A DNA stretch of 64,000 bases from Mytilus edulis (GCF_963676685.1 NC_092349.1:33604001-33668000), one strand, 5' to 3'; counted from the first letter of the stretch, positions 49,850-64,000 are shown. A program made the numbers and translations. Notes: generated from the letters alone by a model not told the origin.

Positions 49850-50178
49850 ACAATTTTCTATTCCTATTTTATGTACAACAAGTTTTGTTGTTTATCCAGG
49901 AGGCAAAACAGTGATTAATAGCGAAAACTTTGACACCGAATCATGTTTGTTGGAAAGATTCCAACCCTTTTCTTTTTCAACATCTCAAGCCAATAACTGT
50001 ATTTACAAGAAATCAATGTGCAGTGAAGAAGGACAACTGATTTTTAATAATGTAACTAGCAGAGAGGACAGAAAATGTAGATGAGATTATACAAAGAATT
50101 TCAATTTTGTGTCTACAAAAAGAGTTAACATGTGTTCTTGTGATCCAAAAAACGAAGACTGTTCATCTTACACGCTAG
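49850..50178 (+). pseudogene. Cys-rich extracellular-domain exon relic (TNFR-like spacing)
   Basis: C..ERFQPFSF.T.....C.YKKS.CSEEGQ.......EDRKCR*DY.......CSCDPKNEDCS, with a stop at 50082. Confidence 0.5.
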
Positions 50179-53100
50179 GTTAGAATACATGTAAAGCTTA
50201 CTTACAATTAGTTAAGATATGGATTACCATGCAGATCAGTTCTGTTTTAGTCAGTTGTTTGAACGTTCTTACATTGCGGGCATAAGATGATTTAATTTAA
50301 ACGTCTTAATATTCAACAACACGACATATATTCACTATTTCATTAAATAACTTTAAACAGTCTAAAATATCAACTAAAAAAAAAACCCGCTTTGTGACGT
50401 TTAGTCCATAAGTATACATCTGCATATGTAAAGTATCAATTTTTTCTTCTAATTAGGATGGAACTCATGATAGGTTCTGTTAGTATTGGGTAACTCTGAC
50501 TGTCATTTGTCTAGCTACTCTTTAAACGGTGCTTTATAAAAGTTAATGATATGTTTTGTGACGTACAAATATCATGGGTAAATTATTTATATTGCCTTAA
50601 GCTCCAACTGCAAGGATCATTATTTATTTTCACAAACAAACCATCACTATCGCAATATTTGGGCCTATGTGTTTTTGCATCCTGTCTGCTTTGGGATAAA
50701 AGAAACTGTAAAAAGAATCAGTGCTCTATCGTAAATATTAATAATTAGAATAAAGGACAAATTTTAAATCCTAGAATAGGTCGAACGTAATAGTTTTCTG
50801 ATGACGAGGATTTTCGTGCGCAACCTGTCTGGGATTGTTTAATAACTCATTCGACCCATTATTCTCTTGTTATCTAAAATACTAATATTTTAAAGACTAC
50901 AGATGTGTTAAAATTGAAGACTCCTATGGGAAGTTTGTTTGCAAAGACATTGAAATTCAAACGTAAGTAAACATGTTTTGAAAGATTATCACATGAACAT
51001 TTCTTGTGAAGTAAACAAATAGGTGAAAAATCGGAGAACATCATATCCTTACAACAAAACATGGGTTAAGCTGGGGCTTTGGTTGCTTATGTACTCTATT
51101 TTTATGAGAAACGTGCGTTATAGTTTTTGTCCTTATATAAGTGATAAAACTTGCAGATTTTATTCAAGTGCTTTTTAATTGAAGCAATAAAGGAAGTTAT
51201 TGGAATCTTGGGAGAGCATGAAATTAAAACAAGTATGATCTGTATTAATCTTTATCTGGCTATTGTAAGACTTGATAGTCGGTATTAAAGCTATTTCAGA
51301 TTGTGCCGAATTTTCGTATCATACACGGAAAAAGTATTCGACGATTCGATTGGAAAGTAAATGACAAAACTTTGAAATAAAATAAACATCTTAAGGTGGT
51401 TTAAAATCCTTTAAAAATAACCAAAAATAAAACACAAAATCATTGAACTCGTTACCCTTATTTCACACCACATACCATGTAGTAATATGAACAATAGCCA
51501 CTGCATTGCATACTTTGGACTTGGAAAACCCTTTCCTTGCCTTATCCATGGCAATGATGTAAAAGCACAACAAAGAAGAACACAATGTCCAAATCAGTTG
51601 GAAAGGTCTCATCGAAATCGATGCAATGCAATGAAATCAAGTAACATAAACATCCACGACACATAGACCCGATCTGTAAGTATTGGGACCTAGTTTCAAT
51701 CCAATAACAACTAACAAAAAAAAATCAGGAATCCAAGACTGCTCCATTTTTTAATTTCAGAATGAAATTCTGCTGCCAATATTGTGAACTTTATAATTTG
51801 GGCATATTTCCAATTCTGGGACATACATTACGTAATCATAGAGGTTGATTTTTTACAGTAAAACGAAAAACTACTAAAGATAATTCCCTGACATTCTTTG
51901 GTATGCCTTGTCATGGATTGTATATTTGCGAAAGCCTTGTTGCATATAGTTCATTTGAAGGGTTTGTATTTCAAGTGTTATCTGTAATATAGTTGACGTG
52001 TTTCCCTAGGTTTTAGTTTGTAACCCAGGATTTTATTTCTCACAATCGATTTATGAATTTTGAACAGCGTTATACTTTTGTTGCCTTTATTGCAATGGCA
52101 TTCAAAATATATGAGAACTAGCATGATCTGTCATATAAATAATTAGGCCGATTCTTGTAGAATACTTTTTTCTACAAATATCGCATATCAAAGGGGTTGA
52201 ATGTTGTGATTCATGGTCCTTAAAAGCCCACCTTTCGACGAATCTCTATAAACACTGTGAATAAATTTGTTCCTCGTGTGTTATCAAGTGGCGTGGCAAA
52301 CATCATCTTCCAATAATTTTTAACAGGTTTTGCCGAACTTAAGTTATTTTTGGCAAACTCCGTTGATTTTTTTATAAATATTTTCATCTAACTTGATTAC
52401 ATAGTTATTGCTTGAAACTACTGTTTTTTATTTTTTTTAAATCTAAATCTGTATCACCAACAGCTTCAAATGCCCGATCTTAAGCAGTTGCCTCTGCAAA
52501 ATCGAATGAATTCAATTTAAGGAATTCGTCTAGAATATATAGTTTTAGCGTTTGGGTTAGATAACAAAACCAATTATAATGAATTATTTGATATTATCGT
52601 TTGGTTAATTTTGTAGTTATGGTGTCCTCTTCAAATCGTTTGTTTAGTTTTGAATTTAGGTAACTGTATCGAAATCTTTTAACTTAATTAAACTATGCCA
52701 AAACAACTGTTCTAAACACTCCTCGATATGACAAAGTTACTACCAGTGAAATCAATCTCTAGGATATAAGTAAGATATTAATTATGTATTTTTCATTATA
52801 ATTATGATAAAAGTCCACGTAAAAGTAATAATACAAATCAATTTTCTATTAAATACAAATACATTGTAGTTTTTTTTCACTTACAGAATTCAAACAAAAG
52901 TTGAAAAACGTAATGAAACTATGAATGATAAAATTTGTGATATTTGGTATTGTTAAAAGGGTAAAATACATAGCAGCAATATATAAATCATCCGTAAGAC
53001 GGGGAAAGACTCAAGAAAGACTTAAGAAAAGATTCCACATAAACTAAAAATGAATATCAACTCCACATAATACTTTAGATTGTTTGACAGTTTTTAATTC

Positions 53101-55910
53101 AGAGCCTTTTATTGCAATCTACATATGTTGAAGATCGTATGATACCCTACGGTTGCTAACTATAGCTACCACTACTTTTTATTTGGTCTGTAGCTTGTTG
53201 TCTCATCGACAAGCAACACAGAATGTGTTCTTCTTTATGTTATTTTCATTCATATTTGAATGTGTTTACATCTACATTAAAGTCTTACCTGTGATGAAAC
53301 TTTATTTGTGTCTTAATTTTTGAGAGATAATTGATGAAACAAGAGCATGCTGTTCCCGCTTCTTACTAAATATATTCAAAGTAAAGCGACAGTTTAAAAA
53401 AATACAAATCGACCTATTTGAGAGATGAGTTAATGTGGATATTTTTTTTAATACATTAAAAGAGAATCCTTTTACACATGTTTCAAGAGATATGTTATAA
53501 TTTATGCTAATGCAGTAATTTTCAAAGTTTGATAATAGTTCAAAACTTTCCTTTGATATGTTCTTTCACAAACAAATTCAGAACTTTCGAAAAAATTTCA
53601 GTATTTCATTTTGCACATAAAACTAAATATAAACTATAAATTATTTAGAAAGTGTCGCATTTAACTTGTTTTTTGTTGATATATATTATGTGAATTTTTA
53701 ACAAATATTATTTTGTTTTTGAAGTATGGATTGCATGCCTGACAGGAATTATTGTAGTTGGTAAGTGTGTATGCAATTCCAAAATCGATACAAAGAAGTA
53801 AATACCCCTTAGATGTCAGATTGGATGTAATAAAAAAAATCAAGATTCCTCCTAAATTTTCAGAATTAAAACGTTCAATTGACGAACTTGGCATTATCCT
53901 GGAGTTTTAGATTCACATATTTCGTTTTTATAAGTTGAATTGCCAATATCGTTTTACGTCGTTGAAAACATATTAATGAGTTTTATTTACATCTTAATTC
54001 ATACATTGTCATTTTCTTATAACTTTACTAAAAAAAAGCGTTAGAAATATACACCTCTTTAAAGGATTGTGTTTATCTCTATTCTCAATTTGTCACTTAT
54101 CAAGAACTAAATCATATGTTAAAACTGAATGACGTCTTCTTTCTAGAAGTTACACCAGTTGTAATTGAGTAGATTTCTTTCAAGTGCTATCAGATCTTAT
54201 AACTTTATCAGAACAATTCTTTTTATTGGTGCAAACTCTTAAAAAAAAATCATGTCATTTAATGTATATATCAACTTATTGTTCCAGGTTTCCTGTGTAT
54301 CTTCCTGATTCTGCCAATACATACAATAACTGAAATAGTTAACACAGGTACAAATGTATATAATTGTGACTCCTTAACATACTTCAAAGGTACTATTGTA
54401 ACATTATATTTTTTGTCTTATACGGCATATTTTTACCATCGGTTTGTGAATGCTTCGTGTCGCTCAATACTATTGTTTTACATTTTTATTTGTCTTGTTC
54501 TCTTTTGGCCAACATCACGATGATGATGTCCTTTCGTGACAAAACAAAAAGAAACTTTTAACTTCAAGAAGGCGACATTAGAATGTAAATTCATAAGGAC
54601 TCAAGAAATTGAAGATAGGAAAACTTAAGTTATAAGTAGCTGAACATGTATTAAGAGGTACCATACAACATTATTATGAATAATAATATCTTCATAAGCA
54701 AGAAGGCCACACGTATTATGACATGCTGTAGCGTTGTTTAATATGTATCAAATAATAAAATACTACATAACTTCTCTATGAATCTTTTAATTTATTTCTG
54801 GATTCAATATTTCAATGTCATTCTACTTAATTATTTCAAACTAATGTGTAAGAGTATGAATAAATTTGATAACCTTGTACTTAATTTTCAAAAAGAATTT
54901 TCGGGAAAATTTAACGAAAAGAAAGCCAATCTTATAATTTAGAAAATTTTGTCTTTACTAAAGATCAAAACATGAATACAGAAGAAGATAGAAGTAGATA
55001 TAGAATTCATAAAGCAGTCGTGGAGTCTTACAATAGTCGACCATATAAATTTACAGTATTAAAAGATCTGATTGGAGGTAGATTGGCTAATGTATATTGT
55101 ATTAGTACCTCGACTTATACACAACATGTATCCAACACAGCACTCATTTACATCTTAATAAATAAATCAAGTTTTGAGTTCGTCTTATTAAAAATATAAA
55201 ATAAAAAATAATTTATCACATTGAATGTAACTTGGTATAGTGTGTTGTGTGTAGTGTTTGTCTGTTTGTCTGTTTGTCTTTTTCTTTTTTAGCCATAGCG
55301 TTGTAAGTTTTGTTTTACTTAGTTTAATATCTTATCGAAACAAAAATAACAAATGCAGCCTAATTATAATATAAAATATTAATGTTTATTCTACTGAATT
55401 CGTGTAATACAATAAGTTCAAGAGCTAATCAAACTTTGGCTCGAATGTATTTAATATGCATATAATGGACAACGAAATCAGTAGCATACATTAATGCAAA
55501 TAGCGAACCAGCAAAATCTGAAGGACTTTTTAATTGAGTGTCCACATTATCATCAACGTCAACTTGTTTGGCAGTTAAGAAAGTACATAGAAACGGTAAA
55601 CTTCTTTGGAAAGAGTCACAAATTTCATATGACAATAACAATATCAAAGAACATGCTATACCAAGGCTGTCCAAAAAGGGACAAAAGACAAAACTAGTCT
55701 CAATCTACAAAGTATGTCTAATGAATTACAGGAAATCCATGAGTGGCCTGAAAATTTTTAAGAAGAATTATAAGTCCATGAACAATAGGAGAAGTTTTTT
55801 AATTGAAGGTGTGTTATACCTTCTAAATATGTTTTATTGTGACGACAGAAACGATTCTTATGCTCTTCAACTTCGAACTTTACTTGGCCTTTTTAAAGTT
55901 TTTGATTCAA

Positions 55911-55954
55911 GCGTCACTGATGAGTCTTTTGTAGACGAAACGCGCGTCTGGCGT
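55911..55954 (+). ncRNA. Minimal type I hammerhead ribozyme (Penelope-associated form)
   Basis: Stem I GCGTCA/TGGCGT, core CTGATGA (55917-23), stem II GTCT-tttgt-AGAC, GAAAC, palindromic loop GCGC, GTC cleavage triplet (55946-48). Confidence 0.85.
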
Positions 55955-58900
55955 AAATATAAATATTCAATCCTGGTATCTATAATGAGTTAATTTACAT
56001 TATTGATTTTTTTAGATGGAACGATAGAGATTTACGATTGTCCTGAAAATACGACAGAGTATGTAAGTAATTGAAATGGTACTAGTGTTGTAAGTTTTCC
56101 TACACCGCTTGATTAAAAACAAATTAATTTGATTGGCAGAAACTCGGTGACTAGAAACTAGAGTAAAAAATATTATCACTTGGGCTAAATAATTCAAACT
56201 TGTATACTAAGATAAAACGAAATGGAATGAAATTGCCATCTTAAAATTTCCCCGTAAGAGACCAAACGTCGATGATGTAAAAAAAAGCAATCATCCTGGT
56301 TACTATCTTACTCATACCTGGTAAGCACTTAAAAGCAATATATACATTTATAAAACGTAAACGGCTTATTCGGGAATGCTATAACATCCTTTAAAAATAT
56401 AGAGACAAACATACGGCAAAAAATAATGGTAGATTTCCAATACAAATTAACACGATTAAAAAATAACCAGAAATCGCAAAATTGTATTACATTAAGGGTC
56501 TGGACAATGTTAATTTGGAGGCAATTGTACGAGTTATCTGTACGCTTTAAAACTGATTAAAATTAACTTACAACAGTTGGGTAAACAAGCCAAAGCAAAC
56601 AGCATAACCTGAAATCTCTGATGTTTTTTTTAAGAATCATCGAGATCACAGAAATGAAATACCGTAATAGAATAGGCTGCAGTAACATTAAAAGCTGATT
56701 TTCCTCTTATACAAGAAATGTTTATGCTATTTATCCTTCGTGATATTTTTGTTCTCTCATAGACACTACAAATTGAAGAGGAAAGAGTACTACAAAATCT
56801 ATTCGAGGAATATAAGAGTGAATACATTATTTGTAGAAGAGAAGTAGAGCAAAATCATGCAACTGTTATGGACGAATTAAAGAGATGGACTAGTGGGACG
56901 TTTCGGCATTTCAAAACATGGATAGGGTACAAAGACAATAAAAAAGAATTAATCATGTGAATTCTTAAACAGAGATTTTGGATTATATAGATATCAATCT
57001 ATTTAATTTCTTTAATCACTGAAGACAATTATAACAACCGTGTCAATCAATGAACATTAATTGTATAACAATGGCAAGCAGTTGTTTTCTTATAAATGCA
57101 GTTCGTGAAATTTGAGATCAATTGCATCAAAGCATTGAACTTTCACTGTGTCTACATTTACAACTTTGTGATTATAGATTTATAAACAGATATTTTTTCC
57201 TGATAAATTAAAGGGGTCTTAGTATACATCGATAAGCAATTTTCATAATGATTAAAGGATTTTATGAAATAATCCTCATAATACGACATCAGGGTTTAAA
57301 TAAAGCATAGTTTAATCTTAGTTGATCTTTGATGAATTTTTTATTGTTCTGGTTTTATAGCTTTTCATTTTCCGTATTCATACATACGTGACTTCCAAGT
57401 GTTTGGCGTAGAGCTTCCATGATGAAGCGTTCGATCGTACGCTTGACGTTTATTTAGTGTTGAATTACTAGGAGAGGTATATATATATATTGCACAACGC
57501 AAGCATAATCTGTCAGAATTGCCTTTTTAAAGGAATAATAAAAGTATCGTTCTTTTATGGGTATCTAGATAAAGCCCTTATAAAAGATTAGGAAGTACTT
57601 TTTGTTATATTCTTACAGACAAATGATAGTCCAATCACTGATATAAAAAAAACTATTAATTACTGCAATATTTGTTTTCATCATGTAAACACAAATACAA
57701 CCAAAGAACAAATAACAATAAAAAAAAAAACTTTATTAAAGTCACTTTCCTATACAATGATTTTGTCACTATCAAAACGGTTTCTTGAGGAAACAAATCA
57801 CTTTTAAATTTATTTTTAACATTTCAAATACTTACATCACAGCCATTTTTCTCATGTTTTTAAGTTGTCTATTTGAGCACTAATTCAATAAGTTGATCTT
57901 GTTTTTGTTGTTTTTATGAATTTCTTTTTTCAAAAGGTTTATCCTCTTCCGTCTTTAATTTATCAAAATTGACCTCTGGTGTTGCTTTTATTCTTCCTAA
58001 CATCATTTACAACTGCAATAAAAATGTAAAAAAGCAATAAAGTATTGGTTCTAAAATTTGATAGATCACGCCGCAATACAAGGGCCATGATCAACCTAGA
58101 CCTTATTATGTGTACAAAGTGCGAATCTAGAACTTCATTCATGAACTATAGGGGACTATAATAGTTTTAATAATAATTTTTATTTTTCGACGTTGATTTA
58201 GAAGTTTACAAGTCTGATATTGTTGCTTCATTATGAACAGAATGCAACACTTCGCTTATGAACGACGATGCATATGGGGGGGGGGGGGGGGGGAATAAAG
58301 GAAGGCGTTACCGCATTGTATCTGTCAAACAAACCAATCGGATGTCCGATTCGCACTTTGTTCGCAGTGATCGTTTTATAAAAGATTTTAAAAAGAAAAT
58401 AGAGACAAAATAACGTTCCAGTAACATTTAAAAACACAAGTGACTCAATACACAAATAAACGAAAAAAGAACGACACGACCTTGCAGAAAGAAAACAATA
58501 ACAGAAAGGGGGTGGTGGTATTCAGCTGGTTCCGTTTGGGTGAACAATAACAGTCTCGTGAAAATATCAACAAAAGAATATAACTGATTACATGTTGTTA
58601 TCTCTTCACTTGTTCATATTAATTATATATTTGAAATAAAATCGACTGCGGTGCACTCGATATGATTAAAAAAGAACCTGTCTTTAAATGCTATATTTTT
58701 TTTCTCTCATTCACCTAGTAAAAAAACTAAACCCGAGAAAAACAAGAAACAAATAGGAGAGGACTACATTTTGAAATATGATATATTTAAAACTTGCCAT
58801 TATTAGCTGCTTAGACTATATCCTCTTTGTAATTCGACTGAAATAATGTATCTGAATAGATTCTAAACACATATTTGATTTTAATCCAAAGTTTGACACA

Positions 58901-61900
58901 ACACAATCAATAATAACCACATCTCTTTCTTTGTTTTTGCATCAAGAATATACTTTCATCACTTTATTCATTTTGAAACACAAAACGCATGTAAAGGTAT
59001 TCACGGAAACTATGAGCGAAAAATATGAGTAGTCCTTGCGCACGCAGAAATCATGATACGAATATCCTGTCTCTTATTCTTCATTTATCAATACATGTTA
59101 TTTATCTTCAGCTGTACTTTCTTTTTGTCTATTTTTTTAAAATTGAGCTACTGTTTAAAGGGGCCAACATGTAGGATATATTTTGATGTAAAGAAAGTTT
59201 ACTCACAAACAAAATTTCATACATGATGAAGATAAATTTTTGCTTGCTTTTTCTTTTGTTTTACTTTTTTTACGTGTTAAACAATGTTTAAAGTAAGATA
59301 TAAGCCTCTGTAAAATATTGAACAGGTCTACTGCTTGCGGCCTCAGACCTATCCAATATGTTACATAATGGACTGATATCGGCTTATATCCCTAACTGCC
59401 TGCTGTTCATCCTAAAGCTTTTTGTAATGCCTTAATATCGTCAATAAATTTGCAAAGAAACTACCGATGAAAAGAATCTTGAAAGCAGGTTTGTTAATAT
59501 CCGAAACGTGAATGAATGCCTTGAAAAGTTGTTTTTTATTGTTTACATCTTCCGACAAAAAAGTCGAGTAAACACGTCTTTTATAAAAGACATGAACCAA
59601 TATGATGCATAGCGTATCATTATACTTACAATTGACTCCCTGTAAAGCTTATAACTATCACCAGGAATTAGGCGTCTCAGAGTAAAGACAATGCCTTATA
59701 CTTACCGTTATTTATTTAACGTCGGCTGTCTATATTTTCAATACAATTTTTACTGTTTGCAATACTCATACTCGCATTTTGTCCATTCTTTAAAAATCGC
59801 AATAATTATTGCACGCTTTAACATCTGAATTTCAGAATATGATAAACGATGATTAACAAAGAAAACAACTACAAAAATAACAGTTTCAAAATGAGTTGGC
59901 AACAACATATTCATTTAATATGTTGAGAACATAAGAACAATATTTTTAAAGCGGTCTCCTTACCATGAAAATGTGTCAAGTACAATCATTGTATGACAGA
60001 CAAAAGTTTTGTAATAAAATACATTTATATAACAATGGTATGAATCAACCTGGACCTTTACCCTCTGACATATTCAGTTTTAAAGGAGCAGTTTTCGCGG
60101 TTGTACTGTAATTTATATGTCTCGCATTCTGCAACTTGACGGTGTTGATGGGTTTTCAAATTAACACTAGTAGTAAATACTAAACATAAAAGTTAAAACA
60201 TCTTTTAACCATTGTATATTTTGTATGCTAGTGTGCGTGTCAAATACATCAATAATATGCATAACTGAGGGGGGCCATCAATATTTCTTAACTATATGTT
60301 AGGAGTATTACCAATTCTGCTTCATACGATATACAGATGTGTAGGATGGACTGACTTAACTGTATCTCGTTGACATTTTGATTTCACAACTTTTTTTCTG
60401 GTTGCAGTACTTCTCATTTGTGTTATACAAATATATAAAGAACTGAAGATCTTGCGTAACATAACACAAAGTTCGTAACCAATTAAAAATATATGCGTTC
60501 ATAGGAAAATGATATATTAACCGAGAATGGACGAACTAGAAACGTTTTCTAGAGTTTACTAGAAACGAATCTAATATAGTAATGAACCAAGGTAACAGAT
60601 ACCTTACAGCCGAATAAAGTGGTAAGTGTGTTCCCTATCAATACACATATTAATCTCTTATGATATTTGATCAAAGAAATGTCAAATAAGTCATTAATGC
60701 AGAAACTATATCGATAACCCTTAAAGTATATGAATATATTTCACTCTTTATAATCAAGTATGTAGGGGCGATAAACTGTCTACATTTCAATATAAATACG
60801 AGATCATGATAAAGTGATAATAATGTAAACTTTACATTTCACTAGACCGAGACACTATGCATTTTATAATTATACAAATTGCAAAGAAGAGAAAAAATTA
60901 ACAAAAAGAACAATCTACATGCACAATTCATTCTGATTTAACACAAGAGTTTGCTTCAGAAAAATTAGTATGATAGGTAGCATGATATAAAATAAATTAT
61001 AACATTAATGATATTTAAAGAATTTGTTTGTATGTGCCCGGCTGATTCACTTTTTGCATTTTTCCTTTCTGATCTCAATTGACACTGACACATACTTTGG
61101 CTTCAAGAAATGAGTTGTTTCACAGAATTACCCTCTAAAGCATAATTTAGTTCAAAGAAATCCAGCCAAAATAATTTGTTTTCTAAGTCATTATAAAAGC
61201 AGTTTCTCCATTAATCATACACTTCTAACTTTTGATTAGCCGAAATCATTTTTCATAACGCTAAAAAGGCTAAGAAATAGAAGCCGAAGAAAGATGATAA
61301 ATATACGAATTGTTCGTTTTAATTTGAGATACTATTGTGTCTACACTGTTCTGTATTGTGGTAACATGTTGGATGTTTGAAAACGCAATGGATAATGTTA
61401 AATAACTTTATAGTGTTGAATTAGTCGAAATCATTTTTTATAACGCTAAAAATTCTAAGAAGAAGAAGTCGAAGAAAGACAAAATAACTTTATTGTGTCG
61501 AATTTCTTCTGCAAGGTGCAATAACTCTTCTATAAACGGGCTCTCTTGTCAAGCAATTAAGAGGATTCCTCTTTTTTTAATTCGACAAAAACACGCGACT
61601 GAGTGTTACTTTCATTTTTTTAATTGTTTTTAAAAACAATTGATTATGTGGCACTGTTACCGGACTTTCGAATAAATCTATCACCTCTAGGTTCATACGT
61701 TCAATATTGAAATCTCAAAAATCTATACATACATAAAATGCTATATTTTAAGTGACATAGAAATAATAATTCATAAAAGTCCGCTAGCACAGATGGACAT
61801 TTATTTTTTTGTTAATACAATTAACACCTCTTATTTTAATAAAAAAAATGGGAATGTGTCTTTAACCCGACTTAAGAACAACAACAAAAAAAAAACAAGC

Positions 61901-62059
61901 CGAAGGCCACCAATGTCATTCTTTATCACAGCTAGAAAATTCAGCACTATCAAATCGGTCTTCAGCTGGCTTTGAACAAAAATCTGAACTATATATAGCT
62001 TGTACAGTGAAAATAAACGTCATAATAAATTCCAAAACATATAATTGAACTAAAATTTC

Positions 62060-62130
62060 AAATGCCTTACAAGACCAGAGGCTCCTGAATTGGAACAGGC
62101 GCAAAAAAGCTGCTGGGGTTAACATATATT
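62060..62130 (-). repeat. Short inverted Naiad 3' UTR fragment
   Basis: Reverse complement gttaaccccagcagcttttttgcgcctgttccaattcaggagcctctgg matches 13416-13463. Confidence 0.7.
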
Positions 62131-62329
62131 TGGGATCTGAACCTTTTAACATTTACCTGTAGTAGCTATTTGAGATTAAACAAACACACAACAATACTCA
62201 CAGTAAAAATAACTTTAGATTAAATCCGAGTCTGAGGTCAGAAAAGATAATAATAATGATATTATAAACAAACCTTAAAAAGGTAAATATGCTAGCTATA
62301 CTTACTGGAGGTTTGAAGAGATAATTGAA

Positions 62330-63778
62330 GCTGTTTATTTTTTCCTTGGTAATATTTATATACGTTTCGGCATCAAAGTTTATCGACAGGTTGTAGGTAT
62401 CCCTATGGGCACTTATTGCGCCGCTTTAATAGCAGACTTGTTTTTTAATGTTACGAATCCCAGTTTATGACTTAACTCAGTAAAGACCCGTAGAAATTGC
62501 ATTTAATTGATAAATTCAACAACACTTACCGTTTTCTTGATTATATTTTTTCGTTAAATAATCAAGAATTTTCTCAATATACTGCTGAAATTTACCCCAA
62601 TGAAACTCCATACAAAAAAATACGACAAAAGGGACGATTTTTCGTTTCCTATTGTTAATTTTCAAATTTAAGATAGTTACGTTCGCTTTGCCCGTGCCTG
62701 TTGTGACGTTCATGATTTTAACGAACGTAATCTATGTATTACTGGTAAATTATCAAACCAGGAATATCGTTGCCATAAATTACTTAAAACATTTACTTAA
62801 TTTTTCTATAGATATAAAGATTTGGTTTTGAAGTTTAGTTGTACCTGTAGAAATCTTATTTCAAACGGGATAGCACATCCTCATTTTTACGGAAATGTTG
62901 TTAACCGTGTCCGAAAATTTAGAAATGATCTTTGTAAACTTATCGCTCCTTTTGATAAACTTATTCTAAAAAGGTTACCAATTCAACACTGTAATAAGAT
63001 CATTGAATATTGTTTTTATTGGTATAAATATTGATTTAGTTATCAGTAAATTAAAATCAAACTAAATATTACTAGTATGTTATATACATATACACATTCA
63101 TGGATCTACAATCTATCTGTATATACCTGTATCTTGGCATTGCACAAGGTCATGTTTTTCTTTGACTGTTTATGACGTCTTAAACTTAATCCATTGTATG
63201 TTGGATGTGTACGGATTAATAATTGTGTCTTAGATGCGTGATTTTTTTGTAAGTTGTGAGTGACTTTGAACCAGCTGTCAGTTAACTGCGAGTACTCTCA
63301 TATATGTTCCTAGTGTCCTTTTGTTGTTGGGATGTACAAGTACCAGGCCACGTACACTTGTATTTTTGTCAATCTGATAAGTTAAGCCTTTTTCAAATGA
63401 TTTTTATAGATAGTTCTTATGTTGAACTGTTATAGCACTGTCCAAGGTTAGGGGAGGGTTGGGATCCCGCTGACGTGTTTTACCCCGCCCCATTATGCCT
63501 GTCCTAGGTAAGGAGCCTGTAATTGAATGGATGTCGTTTTTTTATATGTTACATATTTGTTTTTCGTTCAATTGTTTTTATATGAATAAGGCCGTTAGTT
63601 TTCTCGTTTGAATTGTTTTACATTGTCATTTCGGGGCCTTTTATAGCTGACTATGCGGTATGGGCTTTGCTCATTGTTGAAGGCCGTACGGTGACCTATT
63701 GTTATTAATTGCTGTGTCATTTTGGTGTCTTTTTGAGAGTTGCCTCATTGGCAATCATACCACATCTTTTTTATACTT
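62330..63778 (+). mobile_element. 5'-truncated, decayed Naiad element (RT C-terminal half plus 3' UTR), a different family from 9595-13692
   Basis: VYRQVVGIPMGTYCAALIADLF, KYDKRDDF, DFNERNLCITGKL, GIAHPHFYGN and a C-terminus (...NTVIRSLNIVFIGINIDLVISKLKSN*) collinear with the intact copy; 3' UTR motifs are also collinear. Confidence 0.88.
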
Positions 63779-64000
63779 ATCAGCCGGGACAAATGGAAAT
63801 TCCTTGGCGAGTTCTTTTGGCTAATGTTTGATCCGAAAAATAGGGCTAATATGTTCTTTGTAATGAGTAATATGTTCTTTAAAATGTTGTATACGTAATT
63901 CGACTATGATTATAACAGCATTGAAAAAAGAATTATGGTATTTCTTATCAGCTTTTTCTCATTTTATACGTTTCGAGCATTAAGTCGTGGATAATGTTAC

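Noticed and set aside
52140-52750. Minus-strand coding-like relic ending in CDICRKKYST
   Set aside because: Too many stops to assign a family by eye.
55538-55993. 151-aa plus-strand ORF
   Set aside because: Chance read-through whose 3' end is the hammerhead repeat; no coherent protein.

Overview
AT-rich eukaryotic DNA, most likely from a bivalve mollusc of Mytilus type. That assignment is an inference from the secreted C1q-domain genes, the STAND-ankyrin gene and the repeat families. Host content: the last exon of one C1q-domain gene (2-358), a decayed STAND NTPase-ankyrin pseudogene (minus, ~2.5-6.8 kb), and a second C1q-domain gene (26500-44233). The first coding exon of that second gene is split by an intact 13.2-kb PIF/Harbinger transposon with 19-bp TIRs, a CAG TSD, a 4-exon DDE transposase and a 7-exon Myb/SANT gene. 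The most striking element is a near-intact Naiad-type Penelope-like retrotransposon (9595-13692). Its ~1002-codon GIY-YIG/CxC/RT frame is interrupted by four TGA codons, all at cysteine positions, and is followed by a well-formed SECIS hairpin, so it is predicted to encode a multi-selenocysteine protein. The ORF track fragments this frame. The element's 3' end carries two structured RNA modules that recur in several divergent repeat families in the window. Also present: a decayed Penelope-like element with no visible endonuclease, an intact minimal hammerhead ribozyme with decayed copies, a Tc1 relic, LINE tails, MITEs and long-hairpin repeats.
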